DNA of 64,000 nt from Prochlorococcus sp. AG-347-N23 (GTDB lineage Bacteria > Cyanobacteriota > Cyanobacteriia > PCC-6307 > Cyanobiaceae). Of the stretch, positions 32,283 through 44,094 are shown piece after piece; within the stretch, counting starts at the first letter, position 1; every line of letters starts with the position of its first letter. A model generated the notes under the pieces. The model was not told where the DNA came from, did no database searches, and saw nothing but the letters and a program-made list of their open reading frames with translations. A program made the translations under genes and the position numbers. The stretch is taken from contig QCCW01000003.1 of NCBI GenBank assembly GCA_003281125.1, positions 790 through 64,789 on the forward strand, read 5' to 3'.

Positions 32283-32464
32283 AATTGACTCCTTTCTACG
32301 GTGAATTTAACTAGATAAAATTTTATTTAGGGCTAATTTGAACATTTAGTAGTAAAGTCCCCTTAATGTTTAAAAAACTTTTTCACAAAATGAGAATAAG
32401 AAAAGTTTTCTAAATTGTTGAAAAATTTAAATAGTGCTATAGATTACCTAAAGTAAAAAGTCTT

Positions 32465-32543
32465 GGGATTTCTCAGACAGGCAGATCATTTTTGAATTTT
32501 CAGTCAATGATCAGAGCTTCATGTCTCCCTTAAGAGCAGGATA
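32465..32543 (-). promoter_or_regulatory. Putative rpoD -10 element (TATCCT) followed by a long irregular 5' leader hairpin
   Basis: Nested inverted repeats AGACA/TGTCT, GATCATT/AATGATC and TGA/TCA between 32465 and 32529; minus-strand TATCCT at 32543-32538. Confidence 0.4.
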
Positions 32544-32603
32544 CTTACAATGTGCAAAAAACACTTTGTGGAATGTTCAACAATCCAATACTAAGAAAAA
32601 GTT

Positions 32604-34880
32604 TTGAAGCCGGCAAGTAATCAGTTATTAAATATCTCCTATAAATTGGAAATTTTGCTTGATATAGGTAGTAGTAATGAAAGCTTTTACTATTTAGATG
32701 GAAATAATCTTGGAGCAGAAGTTGGAGATATTGTAAGTGTGAGACTAAGGGGGAGATTATTAAATGGGTTGGTGATCTCCAAAAAAGACTTTTCGACAAT
32801 CAATAATGATGAATCAAATATTATTGGAGGAAAAAGCATAAGATATTTGTTTGTTGAAAGTATTTTGCAGAAAAAAATAATTGATGAATCTTGGAGAGAA
32901 TTGATAGACTCCCTAGCCTCTTTTTATATGGTTAGTAATTTAAAAATGTTTAAAACTGCATTTCCTCCTGGCTGGATTGGTAAATATAAAAATTTCTCTA
33001 AAGGTTTAAAAGATCAAATATGGATTGAAACTAAAAAAGAATTTGATATTAAGAAAAATGGATTAACCAAAAAAGAATTTTTTTTAATGGATACTTTATC
33101 TAAAAAAGGTAATTGGCAAAGTGAATTAATAAAGTCTGGTTTTAATTACACTCTAATTAACTCAATGGTCACTAAAAATTATCTTGCAAAATCTAAAAGA
33201 AAAAAAAATATAAATAGTAAATTAAATTCCTTTTTAAAAGATCATATCGTAACGAAAAAACCAAATCTTACAAATGAGCAAAAAATTGCATTTCAAGAAT
33301 TTCAAACAATGAAACCAGGAGATGCATTACTTCTTTGGGGCGAAACAGGTTCAGGTAAAACAGAAGTGTATATGAGAATTGCTGAAGATCAATTTCTTAA
33401 GAAGAAAAGTTGTTTGATACTAGCCCCAGAAATTGGATTAATTCCTCAACTTATTGACAGGTTTAGTAGGCGATTTAATAATATTGTTTACGAATATCAT
33501 AGTAATTGTTCTCCCGATCATAGAACTTTAGTTTGGAAGAAAATTATTAATGCTAATGAACCTTTAATAGTAATAGGTACAAGGTCGGCAGTTTTTCTTC
33601 CAATCAAAAATCTGGGATTAATAATAATGGATGAAGAACATGATGTTTCTTATAAGCAAGATAGTCCTATGCCTTGCTATGACGCAAGAGAGATTGCTAT
33701 TGAAATAGTAAAAAGGAATTCTGCAAAGTTAATTTTTGGGAGTGCAACCCCATCAATGAAGACTTGGAAAAAGTGTATTTTTGAAAGGAATTTTAAATTG
33801 GTAAGAATGATTCAAAGGATATCCAGTAATGAGACTCCTGAAATAAAAATTATTGATATGCGGGATGAGTTCAATCAGGGAAATATGAAAATTTTTTCCA
33901 ATGAATTATTACAATTGCTTCCTCAACTACGCTTAAAAAAAGAGCAAGCAATAATTTTGATCCCTAGGAGGGGGCATAGTGGATTTATAAGTTGTAGAAA
34001 TTGCGGATATTTAATAAATTGCCCCAACTGTGATGTTCCTTTATCAGTTCATCTCGGATCACAAGGAAAAAAATGGTTAAGGTGTCATTGGTGTGATCAT
34101 AAATCAAGATTGATCAATCGTTGCCCAGATTGTCATTCAACTGCTTTCAAACCTTTTGGAATCGGTACGCAAAGGGTAATAGAGTTTTTAAATGAAGAAT
34201 TTCCTGACTTAAGAGTACTTCGCTTTGATAGAGATACAACTTCAGGAAAGGATGGTCATAGAGATATTCTTTCAAAGTTTTCTAAAGGTGATGCAGATAT
34301 TCTTGTCGGTACTCAGATGTTGGCAAAAGGTATTGACATCCCCAATATTACTCTTTCAGTAGTTATTGCAGCAGATGGGTTGCTTCATCGCCCAGATATT
34401 TCAGCAGAAGAAAAATCACTACAATTATTTTTGCAAGTAGCAGGAAGGGCCGGCAGGGCACAAAAAAAAGGGAAAGTAATTTTTCAAACATATAAACCTA
34501 ACCACCCGGTGATTTCGTATCTTCAAAAAAGAGATTATGAAAGATTCTTAATTGAAAACTCGAGATTGAGAAAGGATGCTAATTTATTTCCATTTTGCAC
34601 AATTTGCCTAATTAAATTATCAGGTGAAAATTATGATTTAACTGAGTCAATTGCAATAAAATTAGCAAAATATCTACTTAGTTTTTGTGAGAAAAAGAAC
34701 TGGAAATTAATTGGTCCTGCTCCTAGTCTAATTTCTAAAGTCGGCAAAAAATTTAGATGGCAGATATTAATACATGGTCCTGAAGGAACAAAGATACCTT
34801 TACCTGATAGATCAATATTATGGAAACTTATTCCAAAAAATGTTTTTTTAACAATTGATGTTAATCCAGCTGAGTTGTAA
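32604..34880 (+). CDS. priA: Primosomal protein N' (replication restart helicase); exact start uncertain
   Basis: GETGSGKTEVY, DEEHD, SATPS, four CxxC zinc pairs, GTQMLAKG.D.P, QVAGRAGR. Confidence 0.96.
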   Translation: MKPASNQLLNISYKLEILLDIGSSNESFYYLDGNNLGAEVGDIVSVRLRGRLLNGLVISKKDFSTINNDESNIIGGKSIRYLFVESILQKKIIDESWRELIDSLASFYMVSNLKMFKTAFPPGWIGKYKNFSKGLKDQIWIETKKEFDIKKNGLTKKEFFLMDTLSKKGNWQSELIKSGFNYTLINSMVTKNYLAKSKRKKNINSKLNSFLKDHIVTKKPNLTNEQKIAFQEFQTMKPGDALLLWGETGSGKTEVYMRIAEDQFLKKKSCLILAPEIGLIPQLIDRFSRRFNNIVYEYHSNCSPDHRTLVWKKIINANEPLIVIGTRSAVFLPIKNLGLIIMDEEHDVSYKQDSPMPCYDAREIAIEIVKRNSAKLIFGSATPSMKTWKKCIFERNFKLVRMIQRISSNETPEIKIIDMRDEFNQGNMKIFSNELLQLLPQLRLKKEQAIILIPRRGHSGFISCRNCGYLINCPNCDVPLSVHLGSQGKKWLRCHWCDHKSRLINRCPDCHSTAFKPFGIGTQRVIEFLNEEFPDLRVLRFDRDTTSGKDGHRDILSKFSKGDADILVGTQMLAKGIDIPNITLSVVIAADGLLHRPDISAEEKSLQLFLQVAGRAGRAQKKGKVIFQTYKPNHPVISYLQKRDYERFLIENSRLRKDANLFPFCTICLIKLSGENYDLTESIAIKLAKYLLSFCEKKNWKLIGPAPSLISKVGKKFRWQILIHGPEGTKIPLPDRSILWKLIPKNVFLTIDVNPAEL

Positions 34881-35990
34881 TTACTTTGATGGAAGTTGAG
34901 GCAAATCTGTACCTAATTTAAATCTATAGAATCTTATTAAATAAGCAAACATTATAATTATTAAAATAGTAGATATCCCGATCAAAAGTTTGTTGAGGCT
35001 CCAGAAAGAAAATTCAAGACTATTTATCTGCCCTTGATTTAAATTCCAAATTATGAGATTTTTTGTGATTTCTAAATTTGAATCATTTTTATCAACAAGG
35101 ATAGCTTTGTTAGGGTGAATAATTTTGAAAATGAGTTCTAAATCATCAATACCTTTAATAGAATTTAGATCCAAATCTAACCTGTAAAAGTATTTTTTAA
35201 AAAAAATGAAGTTTTTTTGAGTAGTATTAATTTCTATATTTGTTGATCCTCCCGCTAACTCTCCAGCTTTATTTTGGGTGATTTTTAGAACTTGCTTTGT
35301 ATCTTCTAGATTGAGATTTTTATGTTTCAAAGAAAAAGTTGATTCGTCTTGTTCAATTTCTGCCTCAGGAAAAATATCTTTCATATTCTCTTCAAATTTT
35401 AATTGCCAAGGAAATTTCTTTATGTATTTACTTTCTATCACTAAATTATTATTTATTGAATCAATTTCACTAAGATCAAGGGTGTCCTCAACTTTAACGC
35501 AACCACTTAAAAGTGGAATTAATAATAATAGTATTAAAAAAATGACCAGTGAAAAGCCTTTCTGAAATGGTTTTGTTTCACCCGTTGGAGTCTCAGTTAC
35601 ATTAATAAATTTCTTTTTCTCCAATACTTCTCTTTTTTTGCGTAGTGAGTTAAGAGATTTGTTATTGAGTGATGGGTCGCTTTCAAACTGTACGTTCCAA
35701 TTTTCTGGCTTTTTAATTTCAGGAGAGTCTATAACTTCCATTAAATATTTTGCATTTTCTCTCGTCTTATTATCGTAAGATTTTAAAAGTTCTTTACAAA
35801 ACTTTTTAGCCTCCTCCTTTTTATTGATACCACAAAGAGCAGTAATTAAGATTGTTCTTAAATTCACTCCCTCTTTACTTGCCAAAGGAAATGATTCTAT
35901 TAAAGGCAAAAGGAATTCAATACAATAATGATACTCACCTCTAGCTAAAGCAAGTTCTACTGTTTCTAAAACTTGCTCATAAGTTTTCAT
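34881..35990 (-). CDS. DUF3153-like cyanobacterial membrane/lipoprotein
   Basis: TPR-like N-terminus, LLSGCV lipobox-like motif, PWQ, C-terminal TM. Confidence 0.7.
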   Translation of the reverse strand: MKTYEQVLETVELALARGEYHYCIEFLLPLIESFPLASKEGVNLRTILITALCGINKKEEAKKFCKELLKSYDNKTRENAKYLMEVIDSPEIKKPENWNVQFESDPSLNNKSLNSLRKKREVLEKKKFINVTETPTGETKPFQKGFSLVIFLILLLLIPLLSGCVKVEDTLDLSEIDSINNNLVIESKYIKKFPWQLKFEENMKDIFPEAEIEQDESTFSLKHKNLNLEDTKQVLKITQNKAGELAGGSTNIEINTTQKNFIFFKKYFYRLDLDLNSIKGIDDLELIFKIIHPNKAILVDKNDSNLEITKNLIIWNLNQGQINSLEFSFWSLNKLLIGISTILIIIMFAYLIRFYRFKLGTDLPQLPSK

Positions 35991-35993
35991 AGG

Positions 35994-36845
35994 TTAGGCG
36001 ACTATCATTGTACCTATTCCAGAATTTGTAAAAATCTCAAGAAGTAATGCATGTTCTATTCTTCCATCAATTATGTGAGCTGCTTTGACTCCTTGTGCTA
36101 AGGCTCTTATACAGCATTCTGTCTTTGGAATCATCCCTTCAGTCACAATTTTTTTATCAATAAAATTTCTTGCCTCTTTGAGATTAGTTTTTTCAACAAG
36201 ACTATTTTTGTTATCTTTTTCTTTTAAAATCCCTTGAGTATCAGTAAGAAGAATAAGTTTTTCTGCATTTATTGCAGCAGCAATTTCTCCAGCGACAAAA
36301 TCTGCATTAATGTTATGGGAAATACCCTCCAAGGTCGATCCAATACTAGAAATAATTGGGATATATCCTTTAGAAATAAGTGGATCTAATATTTCAGGAT
36401 TGATTTTTGTAACCTCTCCCACTAACCCATGGCTCCCATCTCCTAGTTCTCTAGATTGAATTAAGTTGCCATCAAGACCTGATATTCCCACAGCTAAGGA
36501 CCCAGTTTTATTAATGCCTTTTACAATTTGTTTGTTAACTCTACCCATTAGAACCATTTCGACAATTTCCATTGTTTTTTGATCAGTGATTCTTAATCCA
36601 TTTTCGAATTTAGGGGATATTTCTAGTTTCTTTAACCAATTATTAATCTCGGGTCCACCTCCATGAATTACTATCGGACAAACCCCAACGGTTGATAAAA
36701 GTGCTAAGTCTCTAAAAAAAGCATTTTTTAAATCATCATCCTCCATAACAGAACCCCCATACTTGATAACAATTTTCCTACCTGAGAAACTTTGTATATA
36801 TGGAAGTGCTTCGCTTAATATTGATACTCTTTGAGAATCATTCAT
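35994..36845 (-). CDS. argB: Acetylglutamate kinase
   Basis: VIKYGG, HGGGPEI, GLRITD, NINAD, GMIPK. Confidence 0.97.
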   Translation of the reverse strand: MNDSQRVSILSEALPYIQSFSGRKIVIKYGGSVMEDDDLKNAFFRDLALLSTVGVCPIVIHGGGPEINNWLKKLEISPKFENGLRITDQKTMEIVEMVLMGRVNKQIVKGINKTGSLAVGISGLDGNLIQSRELGDGSHGLVGEVTKINPEILDPLISKGYIPIISSIGSTLEGISHNINADFVAGEIAAAINAEKLILLTDTQGILKEKDNKNSLVEKTNLKEARNFIDKKIVTEGMIPKTECCIRALAQGVKAAHIIDGRIEHALLLEIFTNSGIGTMIVA

Positions 36846-36909
36846 TATTAAAATTAATTAAAACTTGATTGAATTGAGAAATTAGGTTTTTACAAATATA
36901 TCCCTATAT

Positions 36910-37440
36910 TCAATAAAAGAGAATAAAATCAAATTCTTTTTTATTATCGTCGATAATAAATTCTGATTCAAGACCTTTGACGAAAAACCTGTTTAATCTT
37001 TCTTGCTTTTCCATCCATTTTTCTATAGGGACAGAATTTGATGCGAAACGCATTCTGAGACCATTTTTTTCTTCCTTTGTAATTTCTTCTATTTCTTTTA
37101 ATTGAGGGGGATTATCCTCGTCCCACAAATTTAAAGATTCTAATGACGATTCAAGATGAGCTTTTATCCCATACCTCCATCTTGTAACATCTTTAACTAG
37201 TGCTGTTAATTCTTTTGGTCTGTTAAATTTATTTGTCGCAAAATTTGTCTTGTCAAACAACTCTACAGGAGGTATTTCGGAGGTCTTTAAACCTAATCCA
37301 ATTAGAAAAATAGGTACTCCATAAAAAAAAGTTGGTACACTTAAATTCACTGAGTCTGTAAAATAGGCAGTCATTCCAACAAAAGCTAATATACCCCCAG
37401 CGGTTACGATTAAGTTTCCAGGCGATAAATATTTCGTCAT
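36910..37440 (-). CDS. DUF2854 (APE1-like thylakoid protein)
   Basis: Two N-terminal TMs, FYGVP...GL.LK.SE, DVTRWRYG..AHL. Confidence 0.8.
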   Translation of the reverse strand: MTKYLSPGNLIVTAGGILAFVGMTAYFTDSVNLSVPTFFYGVPIFLIGLGLKTSEIPPVELFDKTNFATNKFNRPKELTALVKDVTRWRYGIKAHLESSLESLNLWDEDNPPQLKEIEEITKEEKNGLRMRFASNSVPIEKWMEKQERLNRFFVKGLESEFIIDDNKKEFDFILFY

Positions 37441-37482
37441 TTTGATTTAGTAGAATGAGTTTTAAATGGGCTAACAAGTATT

Positions 37483-37665
37483 ATGCAAGATCCTAATACT
37501 GCAAATCAAGGAGATTTAATTTTTAGACTTGATCAAGATAGAGCATGGCTACTAGAAAATCTTGATAAGGGTAAATGGCCAGAAATCAGAAACGAACTTG
37601 CCGCGCTTGAAAGAAAAATAAGCAAATTTATTATAAGTGTTCAAGAAAATAATGTTGATATCTGA
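37483..37665 (+). CDS. Small conserved hypothetical protein
   Basis: 60 aa ATG ORF filling an intergenic gap; LDQDRAWLL.NLD.GKWPE.R.ELAALER. Confidence 0.72.
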   Translation: MQDPNTANQGDLIFRLDQDRAWLLENLDKGKWPEIRNELAALERKISKFIISVQENNVDI

Positions 37666-37666
37666 T

Positions 37667-38092
37667 TTAAAAAGGTATTTCGTCAACTTCAGGTACTAAA
37701 GGTGAACTATCCCAACTAGATTTTTTGGTGGTTTCTTTATTTTCAAATGACTCATTATTTTCTTTTTTATCAGACTTAATAACTTCAACTGGCGATATTT
37801 GATGAATCTTTGAAGCTGTTAGTTCTGGTTGCTTTTCTTTTGTTCCGTCTTTTCTAGTGACAGAATTCATCTTTAGTCGTCCCTCAATAACAATATTTTG
37901 CCCCTCCTTCAGTTCATCTACCATTTCTTGGGCAATATTTCCCCATCCTATGATCTTGAGATCTCTGGTTGGATCTTCACTACGCAATCCTTTAAAATTA
38001 ACAATCATTTCTGCAATTGGAGTTTGGTTTTCTTTGGTATACCTCATTTGGGGAGCGCTATTAATTACCGCCTGAATTAAACAATGATTCAT
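37667..38092 (-). CDS. ssb: Single-stranded DNA-binding protein (cyanobacterial paralogue)
   Basis: OB-fold pattern P.MRYT, WG..A, EGRL, and acidic DEIPF tail. Confidence 0.88.
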   Translation of the reverse strand: MNHCLIQAVINSAPQMRYTKENQTPIAEMIVNFKGLRSEDPTRDLKIIGWGNIAQEMVDELKEGQNIVIEGRLKMNSVTRKDGTKEKQPELTASKIHQISPVEVIKSDKKENNESFENKETTKKSSWDSSPLVPEVDEIPF

Positions 38093-38120
38093 CACTTACT
38101 ATTTAATTAAAGATATACTG

Positions 38121-38927
38121 ATGCAGAATCAAGAAAATTGCCATAAAAATGTTTGGATCCTATCAGGAACTTCTGATGGACCTGAAATCGCTAGTAGGCT
38201 TCTTGAACTTAATTATTCAGTTTTTGCAAGTGTTTTAACTTATAAAGCAGGTCAGGCATATATTGAGAATCAAAAGTTACATATCATTACGGGTAAATTA
38301 AATAATAAAGATGAAATAATAAATTTTATAAAAAAAAATAAAATCAAATTCGTTGTTGATGCAACTCATCCGTTTGCAGTGATAATTTCTAAAAATCTTA
38401 ACAATGCATGTAAAGAGATTAATACACCTCTCTTACTTTTTGAGAGAAAATCTCTAATAAATAACACTAAAAATTTTTTTCATATTGATAATTTAAAGGA
38501 TATAAGTAATGTTGATTTGGAGAATAAGAACATTCTTCTGGCAATAGGTTCAAGATCCCTTAGCGATACAGCTAATTATTATTTGAATTGTAAAGCAAAT
38601 GTATTTACAAGGGTACTTCCAACCTACGAGAGTATTACTAAAGCTTTTGGATCATGTATTAAAAATTCAAATATAGCGATACTTGAACCGAGTAAAAGTG
38701 AGCAAGGATTTTTAGAAAAAAAACTCTGTGATTTTTGGGAGATAGATTATGTTCTATGCAGAGAATCCGGAAGTTATTCTCAGAAAAACTGGGAAAGTAT
38801 TATTTCTGGAAGTAGGATGAAGTTATTTTTGGTTAAAAGGCCAAAAATAAAAAATGATTATTCTTACTCTTTCAATCAATACCAGGATTTGATAAATCAC
38901 ATAATTAAAACAAATATTGATGTTTAA
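38121..38927 (+). CDS. cobK: Precorrin-6A/cobalt-precorrin-6A reductase
   Basis: LSGTSDG, VVDATHPFA..IS, LAIGSR, RVLP, RESG. Confidence 0.92.
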   Translation: MQNQENCHKNVWILSGTSDGPEIASRLLELNYSVFASVLTYKAGQAYIENQKLHIITGKLNNKDEIINFIKKNKIKFVVDATHPFAVIISKNLNNACKEINTPLLLFERKSLINNTKNFFHIDNLKDISNVDLENKNILLAIGSRSLSDTANYYLNCKANVFTRVLPTYESITKAFGSCIKNSNIAILEPSKSEQGFLEKKLCDFWEIDYVLCRESGSYSQKNWESIISGSRMKLFLVKRPKIKNDYSYSFNQYQDLINHIIKTNIDV

Positions 38928-38933
38928 TTCATT

Positions 38934-39239
38934 ATGGAAATATTAGTTATTATCACAACTGAATCAAGTAAAACAAATGCTGTGCGAATGGCTAAATTAC
39001 TCATAAAAGAAAAACTTGCAGCTTGTGTTTCCATAAAGCAAATTTTTTCAGTTTATGAGTGGGATGATGATATTCAAGAAACTAAAGAGTTTGAAATTAC
39101 AATAAAAAGTAATCCAGAATTTAAAGATGATTTAATTGATTTTTTACATAGAATTTCCACATATGATCTTCCACAAATTATTTATAAAAAATATCATGCT
39201 GAGATTAAATATTATGATTGGCTGAATAAGACTATTTGA
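38934..39239 (+). CDS. cutA: Divalent-cation tolerance protein CutA
   Basis: KLAACV, S.YEW, YDLPQII, Y.DWL. Confidence 0.92.
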   Translation: MEILVIITTESSKTNAVRMAKLLIKEKLAACVSIKQIFSVYEWDDDIQETKEFEITIKSNPEFKDDLIDFLHRISTYDLPQIIYKKYHAEIKYYDWLNKTI

Positions 39240-40250
39240 TTAAACTTTTTTTATTAGTTCTTTGAGATCAATATTAGATCGAGATCCTAATTGTGTAATT
39301 ATTTGCCCGGCGCAAATTGAACCTATCTCTCCGCATTTTTTTAGGGAATAATTATTTATTAATCCATGAATAAACCCTCCTGCATAAATATCTCCCGCTC
39401 CTGTTGTATCAATAATCTTCCCCTTCGTAATTGACTTAATTACTTCGATAACATTTTTGTTAATTATGAGAGAACCATTTTTACCTAAAGTTACTACAAC
39501 TAATTCACATAAGACAGACAGTTCTGCTTGGCAATTTGCTAATTTATCCTTTTTAAATAGACTCAAAACCTCGGATTCATTGCAAAAAACTATATCTACA
39601 TAATCGTGAATTAATTCCAAGAAACTCTCTCGATGTCTATCTACACAAAATGAATCAGACAATGAAAGAATTATTTTTGTATTAGATTGTTTCGCAATTT
39701 GAGAGGCTTTAAGAAAAGCATTTTTAGCTAATTCGCTGTCCCATAAATATCCTTCTAAATACAAGTATTTACTTTCTTCGAGTACATTAAATTCTATATC
39801 TTTTGATTCAAATTCTATAGATGCTCCTAGGTAAGTGCACATAGTTCTTTGTGCATCAGGTGTAATTAAAATGATTGAATGAGCTGTCGAAGCACCTTCT
39901 ACAGTTGGTGGAGTATCAAATATAGTTTTACTTTTTTTTAATTCAGAAGAAAAGAAATTCCCAAATTGATCATTTTTCACCCTTCCAATAAACTGCACGT
40001 GATTACCTAATTCTGCTAAGCAAACAACAGTATTTGCTGAGGATCCTCCTGATATTTGTTTGATCACTTTGCACTTTTCTAACAATCTCTTAGATTCATC
40101 AGAATTAATGAGATTCATTGATCCTTTATCCAGATTATTTATTTCAAGAAACTCGTCTTCAATATTTACAATAATATCTACTATTGCGTTGCCCAGACCA
40201 ATAAGATCAACTTTTTTATTATGTTCAAAATGTCTAAAGGATTCCTTCAT
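39240..40250 (-). CDS. PfkB family carbohydrate/adenosine kinase
   Basis: GNAIVD, GGSSANT, RTMCTYLGA, DTTGAGD. Confidence 0.92.
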   Translation of the reverse strand: MKESFRHFEHNKKVDLIGLGNAIVDIIVNIEDEFLEINNLDKGSMNLINSDESKRLLEKCKVIKQISGGSSANTVVCLAELGNHVQFIGRVKNDQFGNFFSSELKKSKTIFDTPPTVEGASTAHSIILITPDAQRTMCTYLGASIEFESKDIEFNVLEESKYLYLEGYLWDSELAKNAFLKASQIAKQSNTKIILSLSDSFCVDRHRESFLELIHDYVDIVFCNESEVLSLFKKDKLANCQAELSVLCELVVVTLGKNGSLIINKNVIEVIKSITKGKIIDTTGAGDIYAGGFIHGLINNYSLKKCGEIGSICAGQIITQLGSRSNIDLKELIKKV

Positions 40251-40265
40251 TAATTTGGAACTAAA

Positions 40266-41630
<1,365 letters not shown>

Positions 41631-41657
41631 TTACTTTTAAAAAGTAAATGAATTGTA

Positions 41658-42095
41658 TCAACTTTCTCTGAGAACCATTTTTTCAGCAAGAGAAAATTCT
41701 TTTGTTAAACGCTCCTTAAGCTTATCTGGTAAAGGTCTACTTGCAAAGTTTTTGTAATGGCCTGCCATAGCATTTAATGCTGTTTGCATGGTGGTAAATG
41801 ATTGGGTTTTGTTAACCATACCTCTATTTCTATATCTAGAAATATAGTCAGTTATGAGGGTAAGAGCTTCACTTCTTACTTCATCTTTATTTGGAGAATC
41901 TTTTGGAATATCAACAGCCGTTTGTAATGTTTTAACAACTGAAATGGTATCTTTTGCGTAATCACCTGTCATTGAGGTTTTTACAGCAAAAGAGGGAGAA
42001 CTAAATAATGTAAAAACAACAATCAAAGAAAGTGCAAAAGATATAGCTTTAGTAAGATTTTTAAAAATAAGTTCGGATTTCAATTTCAGTAACAT
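41658..42095 (-). CDS. psb27: Photosystem II assembly factor Psb27
   Basis: MTGDYAKDT, YISRYR, SFTTMQTALNAMAGHY, RPLP. Confidence 0.94.
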   Translation of the reverse strand: MLLKLKSELIFKNLTKAISFALSLIVVFTLFSSPSFAVKTSMTGDYAKDTISVVKTLQTAVDIPKDSPNKDEVRSEALTLITDYISRYRNRGMVNKTQSFTTMQTALNAMAGHYKNFASRPLPDKLKERLTKEFSLAEKMVLRES

Positions 42096-42119
42096 AACTT
42101 AGCTCCCAAAAATTTAGCT

Positions 42120-43922
42120 TTAAGAATTTTTATTGTACATTATTTCTGATTCGGAAATAAATGTTTCCAACAATTTTTCTGCACTTATTTTAAATTTAGT
42201 ATTATTTGTTCTACATATAAGTTCTACTTCTTTGTTAATAGAATCTCTGCCAATAATAATTTGAAAAGGAATGCCAATTAATTCTGCATCTTTGAATTTA
42301 ACACCTGCTCTATCTTCCCTATCGTCAAGAAGAACGTCAATTTTATTGATTATAAAATTGTCATATATCTCCTCTGTCAGGCCTCTCTGAATCGGATCTT
42401 TAAGATTTGTTGGAATAATAATGACTTCAAAAGGAGAAATCTGGATTGGCCAACAAATTCCCTTTTGATCATGATTCTGTTCTATTGCAGCTTGAGCTAT
42501 CCTTGTTACTCCAATTCCATAACATCCCATCCACAAATTCTTTAATTGACCATCTTTATCTGAAAATTTAGCATTTAATTTTTCGCTATATTTTTGACCT
42601 AGTTGGAAAATATGTCCAATTTCTATACCTTTTTTTTCTTCAAGTTCCTCATTATCATCAATTTTTATTTTATCTCCTTTTTTAGCATTCCTGATATCGT
42701 CAATTAGATAATCTGTTGAAGAAAAAGGAAATTCCTGATAAACCATGTGGAAATCAACTTTATTTGCACCGCTTACGAATTTTGGGAGACTACTTGCTGA
42801 GTAATCGATTATTCTGACCCATTTTTTATCCCAATTAGAACTAGTTTTAATAATTTCATTTTCTAGGTCTGGCCCGATAAAGCCTAAAGGAAAATTAATT
42901 AAGTTTTTTTCGATAATATTTTTGTCTTCAATTTTCTGAAGATTAATAAGGTTTGAATTATGAAGTTTATTTATTAAGTTAAAAAGCTTTACTTCATTAA
43001 TATATTGATCACCTCTAATGCATGCAAGAATTGGTACCTCTGATTTATCTTCGAACTTTGCAAGAAATACCACGACCTTAATAATCTGACTAGGGTGTAA
43101 ATTTCTATTTTTACAAACTTCAAGGATTGTTTTTTGTTGAGGTGTTTCTAACAACCCTGAAATATTTTCCCCTAATGGAATAGGTTGAGAAGGTATAGAA
43201 ACTGCTTTTTCAATATTCGCGGCATAAGAACCGCTTTGAGTAAACAAGATGGAATCTTCCCCTGCATCTGCTGTGACCATAAATTCTTTGGAGGAGGCAC
43301 CACCAATTGCTCCACTATCTGCTTCCACCCCCACTGCCTGCAATCCACAAGATTTAAAAATATTTTCATAAGCATTGCCAACCTTCTCAAAAAATGAAGC
43401 TAGGTCTTTTTCTGAAGAATGGAAAGAATAAGCGTCTTTCATTATGAATTCTCTACTTCTCATTAAACCAAACCTTGGCCTGATTTCATCTCTAAATTTT
43501 GTCTGTATTTGGTAAAAACATTGAGGTAATTGCTTATAGGAGTTAATGATCTCTGATGCGATACTAGTGATTACCTCTTCGTGAGTTGGAGCTAAACCAA
43601 ATTCTTTCCCTTGTCTATCTTTAAGATTAAACATTATTCCCTCACCTGCAGTATAACCTTCCCACCTTTCACTTTTTTTCCATAAATCTGCCGGATGAAG
43701 TTGGGGTAAAAGTAATTTTGTGCAACCAATACAATTGAGCTCTTCCTCTATTATTGTAGAAACTTTTTCAATAACTCTTAGCATTATTGGCATATATGCA
43801 TAAATGCCGCTGTTAACTCTGCGAATGTAACCAGCTTTTAAAAGTAGTTGATGTGAAATAATCTCAGCTTCAGAAGGTGTGTCACGAAGTGTCCCCAGAG
43901 GAAATGAGGTGTTTACGCGCAT
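42120..43922 (-). CDS. proS: Proline--tRNA ligase
   Basis: SHQLLLKAGYI, PTHEE, FRDEIRPRFGLMR.REF, GIEIGHIF, MGCYGIG; editing insert present. Confidence 0.97.
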   Translation of the reverse strand: MRVNTSFPLGTLRDTPSEAEIISHQLLLKAGYIRRVNSGIYAYMPIMLRVIEKVSTIIEEELNCIGCTKLLLPQLHPADLWKKSERWEGYTAGEGIMFNLKDRQGKEFGLAPTHEEVITSIASEIINSYKQLPQCFYQIQTKFRDEIRPRFGLMRSREFIMKDAYSFHSSEKDLASFFEKVGNAYENIFKSCGLQAVGVEADSGAIGGASSKEFMVTADAGEDSILFTQSGSYAANIEKAVSIPSQPIPLGENISGLLETPQQKTILEVCKNRNLHPSQIIKVVVFLAKFEDKSEVPILACIRGDQYINEVKLFNLINKLHNSNLINLQKIEDKNIIEKNLINFPLGFIGPDLENEIIKTSSNWDKKWVRIIDYSASSLPKFVSGANKVDFHMVYQEFPFSSTDYLIDDIRNAKKGDKIKIDDNEELEEKKGIEIGHIFQLGQKYSEKLNAKFSDKDGQLKNLWMGCYGIGVTRIAQAAIEQNHDQKGICWPIQISPFEVIIIPTNLKDPIQRGLTEEIYDNFIINKIDVLLDDREDRAGVKFKDAELIGIPFQIIIGRDSINKEVELICRTNNTKFKISAEKLLETFISESEIMYNKNS

Positions 43923-44094
43923 ACAAAAAATCCTTAATAATATTTAAGTTTATCAATTTAGATAAAAAAAAAATTTAAAGTGTCTTGAGTCCCTCAACGC
44001 GGCTAGTCTAGAAATCCTCTTTCTGCTAACTTCTTCAGTAATGAAGTTCAAACTCTTCAAAAAAGTTCATTTTTAAAATACTTTACTTAATGTT

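Noticed and set aside
32545-32799. 84 aa ORF antisense to the priA 5' end as a possible rpoD leader peptide
   Set aside because: It mostly overlaps priA coding sequence on the other strand, has no recognisable motif or SD, and ends upstream of the putative rpoD promoter.
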